A program made the translations under genes and the position numbers. The notes under the pieces are model-generated. The model was not told where the DNA came from. It searched no databases and saw only the letters and a program-made list of their open reading frames with translations. From the UHGV virus genome UHGV-0335559: a DNA stretch of 23,334 nt. One strand, 5' to 3'. Below are positions 16,696 through 23,334 of this stretch, piece after piece. The DNA comes from a virus. The stretch's first letter is position 1, and each line of letters opens with the position of its first letter.

Positions 16696-16715
16696 TACTG
16701 TATATTTATACAGTA
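16696..16715. promoter_or_regulatory. LexA box (SOS operator) overlapping the promoter of the tum/DinI-like operon
   Basis: TACTGTATATTTATACAGTA: CTGT (16698-16701), 8 nt, ACAG (16710-16713), one central mismatch to the consensus TACTGTATATATATACAGTA. Lies about 20 nt upstream of the start codon at 16676. Confidence 0.75.
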
Positions 16716-16789
16716 GCACGTATTGGCAAAAGATGGGAAGAAAAAAAACGAATAGAGCGATTGCTGTATGTGCATGATATGGATATGAA

Positions 16790-19012
16790 TTACCCATGTA
16801 TTGGTTTTGATGCTTCAGCCATCGCCGCAACACGATTAAGGATTTTCCGAGCTTTAGCCTCATGCGATGGTGCTGCGGAAAATATTTCTCCTTTGGCCGT
16901 TCCGCGTAGCCATTTACCATCAAAACAACTTTTACCACCGGCCATCAGGTGCAGGGCTTCGCCCCGGCTGATATTAATGCCGGTTGTCAGATGTATCTCA
17001 TCGATAGTTTTAGCTATAGCTGCGTTTTGCTCATCCGTTCCGTGGATGAATTTTCGCCGTGCTGCTGGCTTTTGCTTCCTGAGTCGGTTGGTCAATTCTC
17101 GTCTTTCACGCCGACTCAGTGGTTTTGTTAAATCCAGTATCGGTGGATCGCTTTCGCTTCCCGTACAGTTATTGACAGAACTCCGAGGGACGGCTTTGCC
17201 GTCCTGAAGGTCAACGGCCAAATCAACAGCACGCTTCGGAACAATCTTCCACTGAGTGAGCCGGGTTAAAATCGGGCTTCCTGCACCTATGGAGGAATCG
17301 TAGACCCCCTTAATACATACCGTTTCCTCACCGTACTGATTAAGCTCGGTGCGCGGTTCATACAGTGTGCGCACCTGTAAATCATCGCGACGGACAAACG
17401 GCCCACCCTGAGCATTAACATAACCAGCCCAGTCACCAGCGTCGGCGGCATCATGGACGGCGGCAAACTCAACGCTCAGACCGTGCGCGGTTTCGGTATC
17501 AGCGAGGCGACGCAACTCACGGTAAACCGTCACCGGCGCACCACCAATAAACTGAAACTGACGGATGTGCCAGCGCGCAGCCCATGCTGAAACGGCGGGG
17601 GCTGTCTCTTTCAGCAGCTCACCGCTTTCATCATCGGTTTCACCATCGAGAGCATAACCGTCGATATTTTTTGAAATGTATTTAGCAACATAGCCGGTTG
17701 CGCTGCCTTTCTCCGGGTCAATGGACTCGGCGTGGAAACGTGCTTTTTTGGATTTATCGCTTTTCAGTTCGTGGCGGTCTTCTTTCCATGCGTATTTACG
17801 GACGATGGAGCGAACATATTCAACATCTTCCGGCAGCATGAACATCAGCATGTGCCAGTGTGGAGTGCCGTCGTGATGGGGCTCGGCGACACGAATACCG
17901 AAAATACGGACATCTTCCCGATGTAGTTTGGCACGGATACGCGCCCAGATACCGGTTAGATAGTTTTGCGTGTCAGCCGGGCTGGCACCGCTCCATTTGC
18001 TGTTACGGTAACCGGCTTTAGTCGTGGCGTGATATTTTGACGGCGCGGTTAGAGTGTAAAACTCACCGACATAACCGAGCTCATTACAGATGTTTTCAAA
18101 CCCACGAATGCGGGTCATGAGCTCACAGCGGCGAATCGCAGGGTTAGCAACTGAGCCATCATATTTTTCAATTAGGCTGATACGGTTGCCGTCTTCGTCT
18201 TCGAGATCCAGACCTTTGAGAAATTCACGAGTGCGGCGCTTTTGTTCACGCCAGTCAGTCACGCAGTTTTTACTCGCGTAAGTGTTTTTTTTCTTACTGA
18301 CGTTGCCGACTGCAATTTGCAGGTGTTCGCGCCACGTAGCTGCAACACGGCGCAAACGACCGCGCCACCACCCATCGTTAAACATTTTGGCGATAGCCGG
18401 TGCGATTTCATCCGCACCGACATATTTTTTTTCAACCCGCTCCCAATGTGGTGGGATAACGTTGAATTGGAGGGAAATAAAGCCAGCACGAATATACCAG
18501 GTGTACAGCGTTTTAAGCTCGCCGAATCCGTGGTCATTAATGTTGGCAAGTTCACCACGAATGAAATTAGCAATATCAGCGGCCAACAGGTCAACATCAG
18601 CGCGCGACATGTCCGGGAGACGGTTATATTGGGCGACCATATTAACCATGCGTGACGACAGATATTGCATTTGCTGAGTATCAAAATGACTTCCAAAAAC
18701 AGCGGTTGATACCTTGCTGTTGATACCAGCGCATTCGTATTTTTTTGCGACCAGTTCAAGACGCGGCAATGCCTTTTTGCAGAAGCTGATTAAAAATGCA
18801 TTGGCTCGTTGACTACCCTGATTTTGCTCCAGCACCGCAGCAGTGCGATAAACATCTAACCGCACGCAGTCGGGCTGGAGAGAAAGCACCTTTTTTGCAT
18901 GCAGCAAAGCCGCGAACATACGGTCGCGGCGATGCTGTTGCTCATAAGTAAGGTATGGGCTGGAGATTGCCGACCGTGGGACGTTCCACGGATAAGCGAA
19001 TTGAACAGCCAA
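16790..19012 (-). CDS. A: Replication initiation endonuclease gpA (rolling-circle initiator)
   Basis: 740-aa ORF with HUH-type motif (EPHHDGTPHWHMLMF) and a tyrosine region (GYVAKYISKNIDGYALDG), as in the P2 A protein family. Confidence 0.9.
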   Translation of the reverse strand: MAVQFAYPWNVPRSAISSPYLTYEQQHRRDRMFAALLHAKKVLSLQPDCVRLDVYRTAAVLEQNQGSQRANAFLISFCKKALPRLELVAKKYECAGINSKVSTAVFGSHFDTQQMQYLSSRMVNMVAQYNRLPDMSRADVDLLAADIANFIRGELANINDHGFGELKTLYTWYIRAGFISLQFNVIPPHWERVEKKYVGADEIAPAIAKMFNDGWWRGRLRRVAATWREHLQIAVGNVSKKKNTYASKNCVTDWREQKRRTREFLKGLDLEDEDGNRISLIEKYDGSVANPAIRRCELMTRIRGFENICNELGYVGEFYTLTAPSKYHATTKAGYRNSKWSGASPADTQNYLTGIWARIRAKLHREDVRIFGIRVAEPHHDGTPHWHMLMFMLPEDVEYVRSIVRKYAWKEDRHELKSDKSKKARFHAESIDPEKGSATGYVAKYISKNIDGYALDGETDDESGELLKETAPAVSAWAARWHIRQFQFIGGAPVTVYRELRRLADTETAHGLSVEFAAVHDAADAGDWAGYVNAQGGPFVRRDDLQVRTLYEPRTELNQYGEETVCIKGVYDSSIGAGSPILTRLTQWKIVPKRAVDLAVDLQDGKAVPRSSVNNCTGSESDPPILDLTKPLSRRERRELTNRLRKQKPAARRKFIHGTDEQNAAIAKTIDEIHLTTGINISRGEALHLMAGGKSCFDGKWLRGTAKGEIFSAAPSHEAKARKILNRVAAMAEASKPIHG

Positions 19013-19013
19013 T

Positions 19014-19235
19014 TTATACCCCCCGATAGTGTTTGTTTTTTAGCTCTGCTATTTGCTGGCAGGTTATGCAAAAAGCCACGCCCGGAATCGCAATGCGGCG
19101 AGCTTCCGGGATTGGTGTGTCACATTCCTCGCAAAGAAAACGGGAAGGTGCAGCGATACGGGTGCGTGCGTTGCTGATGTGGCGTTCGCGGTCTTCCTGC
19201 TCGCGCAGTTGTGCTAAATCCATTGCGTCGGCCAT
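19014..19235 (-). CDS. DksA/TraR-family C4 zinc-finger protein
   Basis: 73 aa with CEEC-N17-CITC. Start overlaps the upstream stop by 1 nt (TAATG). Confidence 0.7.
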   Translation of the reverse strand: MADAMDLAQLREQEDRERHISNARTRIAAPSRFLCEECDTPIPEARRIAIPGVAFCITCQQIAELKNKHYRGV

Positions 19236-19462
19236 TAGTGCAGCTCCTGTGATTCATTCTCAAAGCGGGTTGCTTCACGGCGCAGCAGTTCGGCAGCTTC
19301 GGTGCCGCTCATACCCTCTCTGGTAATATGAATAGCCAGCGCCTCAAGGCGGATGGAAACAGCGAGCGCGCGGTCTTTACGCTCTTCTTTTTTTGCATCG
19401 GTCAGCAATACGGCCAGCGCATCGCTATCAGTGTTAAAACTACGGATTTCGGTATTACGCAT
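19235..19462 (-). CDS. Hypothetical early-operon protein (75 aa)
   Basis: ORF in the early operon between the cII-like gene and A, coupled to the next gene by TAATG. No family recognised. Confidence 0.45.
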   Translation of the reverse strand: MRNTEIRSFNTDSDALAVLLTDAKKEERKDRALAVSIRLEALAIHITREGMSGTEAAELLRREATRFENESQELH

Positions 19463-19529
19463 AATTAACTCTCCTGCTTTCGGGCAATAAGATGCCCGGC
19501 GGGTTTACGCCATTAAATTTCTGTTTGGA

Positions 19530-19868
19530 TTAATTCGGCATGGTTAGCCGTTTGGGAAATAAGCTCACTACTGCACGAAAATGATTCATCGCTGTAATAA
19601 GCGCCTTTTTCTCGTCAGTAGTCAGCTCACTTAATTCGAGTTCATGACGAGCCGCCGGTATTTTTGCCAGAAAGAAAATAGCGGCCAGCGCCCGATTATT
19701 TTCTTCAAATTGTGGGTCACGTTTATCGCGCATATCATCGACAAAACGTTCAACCTCTTTCCAGCTATCGCCCCAATATCTCGCGCGCAATTCGGCAACA
19801 TGATTGAGACCGGCCAGACGTTCACCCGCTTTTAGCGGAACAGTCGCGGAAACAGCTTCGATAGCCAT
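19530..19868 (-). CDS. Hypothetical early-operon protein (112 aa)
   Basis: ORF in the early operon at roughly the position of the fil/dhr accessory genes of 186; identity not established. Confidence 0.45.
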   Translation of the reverse strand: MAIEAVSATVPLKAGERLAGLNHVAELRARYWGDSWKEVERFVDDMRDKRDPQFEENNRALAAIFFLAKIPAARHELELSELTTDEKKALITAMNHFRAVVSLFPKRLTMPN

Positions 19869-20038
19869 GATTCCCCCCGCTTTTGAGTAGAGAGGCCAGC
19901 CAGTAAATCAGCCTGCGAGTGGCTCGGGTGCCAGCGCTTGCCGTCCTTACCTGCGATCCAGCCGTGGCCGTAGTGCATGCCGGGGCTTTGCTTAACGAGC
20001 AGCGATGCGAATGACGGTTCACTTTTCAGCATACGCAC
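19832..20038 (-). CDS. Possible small early protein (68 aa), low confidence
   Basis: ORF directly downstream of the cII-like gene, overlapping the next ORF by 37 nt. An alternative frame (19822-20022) exists, so coding status is uncertain. Confidence 0.25.
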   Translation of the reverse strand: MRMLKSEPSFASLLVKQSPGMHYGHGWIAGKDGKRWHPSHSQADLLAGLSTQKRGESWLSKLFPRLFR

Positions 20039-20039
20039 C

Positions 20040-20549
20040 TCAAATCAGACCAAACGATGCGCCAATACCGCTCATGGTATCGACCACGCTCGACATAGCT
20101 GGATTAGTCTGCAGACGTGCATGCAGCGCCAGAGCCGACAATGACAACATGCGAATGCCGGAGTTAACGCTTTCAATCATGTTGTGCTTACGGGCAGTGG
20201 TCAGACGTTCATCAGATACCGCGCCGCTCGCCAGTTCGCCGAGTTCACGCATCGCGCGCATGACATAAGACTGCAATTTGTCTTTAGCCAACTCATTAAC
20301 CGGCACGCATGGTAGGCAGTGAATCTGCGCTAAAAAACCATCAATGAGGGTTGAGTCTTCGGTCAGGTCAGTCAGCAGCCACAATTCAGGCGGCGTGAAC
20401 TGGTGAGGCTGTTCCGGGTTGAGCTTGTTACGTAACGTTTGAACGTTCATACCTGCACGCTCGGCCAGCTTCGCCATGTTGTGACGCTGTGCGAAAATGC
20501 GGCATGCTTCGTCATAGTGGGGATGTTTGGAAACCTGAAAATCAAACAT
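20040..20549 (-). CDS. cII: CII-like HTH transcriptional activator (lysogeny establishment, 186 type)
   Basis: Start set at MFDFQVSKHPHYDEACRIFAQRHNMAKLAERAGMNVQTLRNKL... with GAGGG upstream. Resembles the 186 CII N-terminus as I recall it. Follows the apl-like gene, as in 186. Confidence 0.7.
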   Translation of the reverse strand: MFDFQVSKHPHYDEACRIFAQRHNMAKLAERAGMNVQTLRNKLNPEQPHQFTPPELWLLTDLTEDSTLIDGFLAQIHCLPCVPVNELAKDKLQSYVMRAMRELGELASGAVSDERLTTARKHNMIESVNSGIRMLSLSALALHARLQTNPAMSSVVDTMSGIGASFGLI

Positions 20550-20581
20550 GGTTAAATTCCCTCTAACTTGCATAATCAAAT

Positions 20582-20953
20582 TCAGTTAAGAGCGGTGCGC
20601 TGGTCGATGTAGCGACAATCAATCGCTTGTTGAGTCAGCTTATCGCGCCATGCTTTTACATTTACGAGGGTTCGGCTTCGTTTAGCAGCTTCCTCTTTGT
20701 TGGAAAAGTCTTTGGTCGGAGCTTTGAGAAGGACTCCCTCATCGAGCCATTGCCAGACCAGACGCTCGCTAACACCGCGAGTAGCGGCGAAGTCTTTCAC
20801 AGTCATCGTGTCTGACATAGCGGAGCGAATCATTGTCTGTAGAGCTGGCAGCATGGCGGTAACGATGGCATCAAACTGTGTTGGGTCTAGCAGCACAGTT
20901 TGATTTTGTGAGTTTTGCGAGTCGTGCGTCGAGATTGATTTTGCATCTGACAT
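20582..20953 (-). CDS. Apl/Cox-like excisionase and lytic-switch regulator; start codon uncertain
   Basis: HTH-like core TVKDFAATRGVSERLVWQWLDEGVLLKAP; first gene of the early operon facing cI. The ATG at 20953 has an AGGAGA Shine-Dalgarno, but internal starts would give a protein of 78-90 aa, closer to the size I recall for Apl. Confidence 0.55.
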   Translation of the reverse strand: MSDAKSISTHDSQNSQNQTVLLDPTQFDAIVTAMLPALQTMIRSAMSDTMTVKDFAATRGVSERLVWQWLDEGVLLKAPTKDFSNKEEAAKRSRTLVNVKAWRDKLTQQAIDCRYIDQRTALN

Positions 20954-21066
20954 ATCGCATTATCTCCTGTTGTTTGAAATGTAGTGCAGTGGTGTGCATC
21001 TTGGTCGGTGAGCACCAATATAGATCGCTAAATTTTGGTTGTAAACAAAATTCTTGTTGGTGTCAT
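20954..21066. promoter_or_regulatory. Immunity switch region (lytic/lysogenic promoters and operators)
   Basis: Intergenic region between the divergent apl-like and cI-like genes. Contains TTGAAA (20974-20979) and the dyad TTGGT-N8-ACCAA (21001-21018), plus a further TTGGT half-site near 21055. Promoter assignment not resolved. Confidence 0.4.
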
Positions 21067-21912
21067 ATGTCTAAAAATGATGTTAATGCGTCTGCCGCAT
21101 TGGAACGTGTCCTTTCTGCATACGGCTTTAAGCAGCAAAAGGAACTAGCCGAAAGGCTTGGCATACATGCAAACAACGTGAGTAGCTGGCTTGCTAGAAA
21201 CGTAATCCCTAGCAACGTTTTCGTTGAGTGTGCTCTTGATACTGGAGCTGACCTGCGATGGCTAATTAATGGTGAGCTTGCAAATGCAAGATTTGAAGTG
21301 GTGAAAACTAAGCTTAAAGGTAAGCAACTCTATGATGAAATCATGGCAAATGGAGGGAGGGCGGTTCTGCGTCGGATTCTCGATGCGTATGGTTTTACTC
21401 TGCAAAAAGAGCTTGGAGATTTATTAGGTATATCTTCCGGCACTATAAGCACTTGGGTTAGACGCGATTTTTTCCCCGGTGACGTGGTTGTCACTTGCGC
21501 CCTTGATACTGGCGTATCGTTAGAATGGTTATCAACCGGAAAAGGCCAGATGCGTAACAGTAATGATGGTGAACCGGCAAATGCTTTAACGATTAGAAAG
21601 TGCCGCCTCGAGGCTGGCGAACTCAAAGATATCGGACGCTGGACTCCTGATATATCTATGGTTCCATCAAATACTGATGATTTAGTGTTTATTGATGGTG
21701 TGAGCACATCTTGGCTTGTTGATAGTTCTAACTCGAAGATAGGAAATGGTCGCTGGCTTATTGGTATTGATGGCGCACTCGATGTTTTTGACGTAATCAG
21801 GTTGCCAGGCGGAAAGGTAAGGTTATCAAATAAGTCTGCTGAGTTTGAATGTAATATTTCAGATATCACACCATCAGGTGCGGTTATTTTTACTTTGGAA
21901 AAGCATGTTTAA
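21067..21912 (+). CDS. cI: CI-type immunity repressor with tandemly duplicated N-terminal HTH domain
   Basis: Start set at MSKNDVNASAALERVLSAYGF... (281 aa). Two homologous ~85-aa repeats (...AYGFKQQKELAERLGI...CALDTGADLRWLINGE / ...AYGFTLQKELGDLLGI...CALDTGVSLEWLSTGK), then a C-terminal domain (...RLPGGKVRLSNKSAEFECNISDI...) resembling the 186 CI C-terminal domain as I recall it. Confidence 0.75.
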   Translation: MSKNDVNASAALERVLSAYGFKQQKELAERLGIHANNVSSWLARNVIPSNVFVECALDTGADLRWLINGELANARFEVVKTKLKGKQLYDEIMANGGRAVLRRILDAYGFTLQKELGDLLGISSGTISTWVRRDFFPGDVVVTCALDTGVSLEWLSTGKGQMRNSNDGEPANALTIRKCRLEAGELKDIGRWTPDISMVPSNTDDLVFIDGVSTSWLVDSSNSKIGNGRWLIGIDGALDVFDVIRLPGGKVRLSNKSAEFECNISDITPSGAVIFTLEKHV

Positions 21913-21921
21913 GGAGCAGTA

Positions 21922-22260
21922 ATGAAAAAGTTTATATTTGCGATAGTCTGCATTGCACTTTCTTCCTCAGCCATAGCCGCTGAGAAGTTTAAAGAGATAG
22001 ACGGCGCTGCATATGGTGACAAGTGGCCTCTAACCTTTGAAAAGGCAAAGGTATCATGTGTTAACCGTGCTTATGCTTTTGTGTATGACATCAAAACTGA
22101 TGATAGATATCCTCTGAATGGCATGGCGGTAGATGCTGTTAAATCAGGAAAGCTGGAGGGGTCTAACTTAGATGACGTATGGAAGGATGACCCTGAGTAT
22201 GACGGCGTTAAAATTTCAATTTCACCGGTGATTGATGCCGCTACAGCCCTTTGTAATTAA
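21922..22260 (+). CDS. Small secreted protein (112 aa) between cI and int; possible lysogenic-conversion gene
   Basis: AAGGAG Shine-Dalgarno 7 nt upstream; N-terminal signal peptide MKKFIFAIVCIALSSSAIAAEKF; one Cys near each end of the mature part. Confidence 0.6.
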   Translation: MKKFIFAIVCIALSSSAIAAEKFKEIDGAAYGDKWPLTFEKAKVSCVNRAYAFVYDIKTDDRYPLNGMAVDAVKSGKLEGSNLDDVWKDDPEYDGVKISISPVIDAATALCN

Positions 22261-22284
22261 TTTTCTTTTAGCCTCGGTATCGCA

Positions 22285-23334
22285 ATGACTGTAAGTAAAC
22301 AAAAAAGTGGAAAATGGTTGTGTGAACTCTATCCAAATGGTCGAGAAGGGCGGCGTATACGTCGGCAGTTCAATACCAAAGGTGAGGCCGAGGCATTTGA
22401 AGCATTTACCAAAAGCGAGAGTGAAGATAAGCCGTGGCTCGGCAAGAAAGAAGACCGCCGACGCTTAAGCGAGATTATTCAGCTTTGGCACAATTTGCAC
22501 GGTCAAGCGTTAGTCGCCAGTAAGTCGAGATTTGCAAAGCTTCAAATCGTATGTAATGGACTTGGCGACCCGATTGCATCTCGCCTTACCGCGAAAGACT
22601 GGGCTCATTATCGTGACCGTCGATTACGTGGTGAAATAGACAATGGTTATCATAAAGACCCCTCGAAATGGATCGCCAAACCTATAACCGTCAATCGCGA
22701 ACAACAATACCTAGAAGCAGTGTTTAATGAGCTCCGCCGGTTAGGGGAGTGGAGCCTACCCAATCCACTTGATGGGATCCGAGTATTCAAAGAAGCTGAG
22801 AAAGAAATGTCCTGGCTAACTTTGTCTCAGCTCCCGGAGCTGTTTCGAGCCTGCGAGCAATACGGCAAAGAAGACCTCACCATGATTGTTAAGGTGTGCC
22901 TTGCAACCGGCGCTCGATGGGGGGAAGCGGAGAGATTGACCCGACCTCAACTTTCTCCATATAAACTAACGTTCACCAAAACCAAAGGTAAGAAGAATCG
23001 CACAGTTCCTATTCCTAAATGGCTGTACGACGAGTTGTCCGTACGTCAAGGCAGAATGTTTAAACCCTGCTATCAGGAGTTTAAAAAGATGCTCAAACTA
23101 ACGAATATTGAATTGACGGAAGGGCAGAAGACGCACGTTTTGCGTCATACTTTTGGTGCGCATTTTATGATGAACGGAGGGAATATACTGGTGCTGCAGA
23201 AAATTCTCGGACATGCCAATATTCGAGAAACAATGAAGTATGCGCACTTTGCTCCTGACCACCTTGAACAAGCTGTAACCCTCAATCCGTTATCGCTGTA
23301 TGTTGGCGACAATGTGGCGGCAGAGGTTGCATAA
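22285..23334 (+). CDS. int: Tyrosine integrase (P2/186 family)
   Basis: 349-aa ORF ending at the window edge with a stop codon. C-terminal catalytic region HVLRHTFGAHFMMNGGNILVLQKILGHANIRETMKYAHF carries the H-x-x-R ... Y signature. Confidence 0.9.
   Translation: MTVSKQKSGKWLCELYPNGREGRRIRRQFNTKGEAEAFEAFTKSESEDKPWLGKKEDRRRLSEIIQLWHNLHGQALVASKSRFAKLQIVCNGLGDPIASRLTAKDWAHYRDRRLRGEIDNGYHKDPSKWIAKPITVNREQQYLEAVFNELRRLGEWSLPNPLDGIRVFKEAEKEMSWLTLSQLPELFRACEQYGKEDLTMIVKVCLATGARWGEAERLTRPQLSPYKLTFTKTKGKKNRTVPIPKWLYDELSVRQGRMFKPCYQEFKKMLKLTNIELTEGQKTHVLRHTFGAHFMMNGGNILVLQKILGHANIRETMKYAHFAPDHLEQAVTLNPLSLYVGDNVAAEVA

Noticed and set aside
20878-21066. Upstream 63-codon extension of the cI ORF (MLGLAAQFDF...)
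   Set aside because: It overlaps the apl-like gene and switch region on the other strand and is Cys-rich and non-protein-like; the repressor N-terminal domain starts at MSKND (21067).
1-23334. CRISPR arrays, rRNA/tRNA genes, insertion sequences or transposases
   Set aside because: No regularly spaced short repeats, no long terminal inverted repeats and no transposase-like ORF were seen; the only notable repeats are the two 65-bp copies reported above.

Overview
The window is most of a P2/186-family temperate myovirus prophage, read here in the reverse of the usual P2 map orientation. From left to right: a partial gene of uncertain origin (1-300), the late tail, lysis and head operon on the minus strand (G, H, I, J, W, V, S, R, lysC/lysB/lysA, K, Y, X, L, M, N, O), the divergent terminase/portal pair P and Q on the plus strand, an AT-rich single-gene cargo island (13955-14959), a cos-like 19-mer (15179-15197), a LexA-box-controlled tum/DinI-like operon, replication gene A, an early operon with cII- and apl/cox-like genes, and finally cI, a small secreted-protein gene and the integrase. 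Product calls rest on gene order, ORF sizes and my recollection of P2 and 186 protein sequences; no database search was possible. The structural genes look P2-type, while the regulatory region (LexA box, Tum/DinI-like gene, CII-like activator, CI-like repressor) looks 186-type, so the element is probably SOS-inducible. The most interesting candidate is the 334-aa cargo protein between the portal gene and cos: it has its own near-consensus promoter, an HExxH motif and no family I can recognise. Other points worth a second look are an in-frame amber stop splitting the Tum-like gene from its DinI-like half, two 65-bp direct repeats each placed 2 nt after a stop codon, a CI repressor with a tandemly duplicated HTH domain, and a DAHP-synthase-like gene start next to the tail fibre genes. 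No tRNA, rRNA, CRISPR array or transposase was found.
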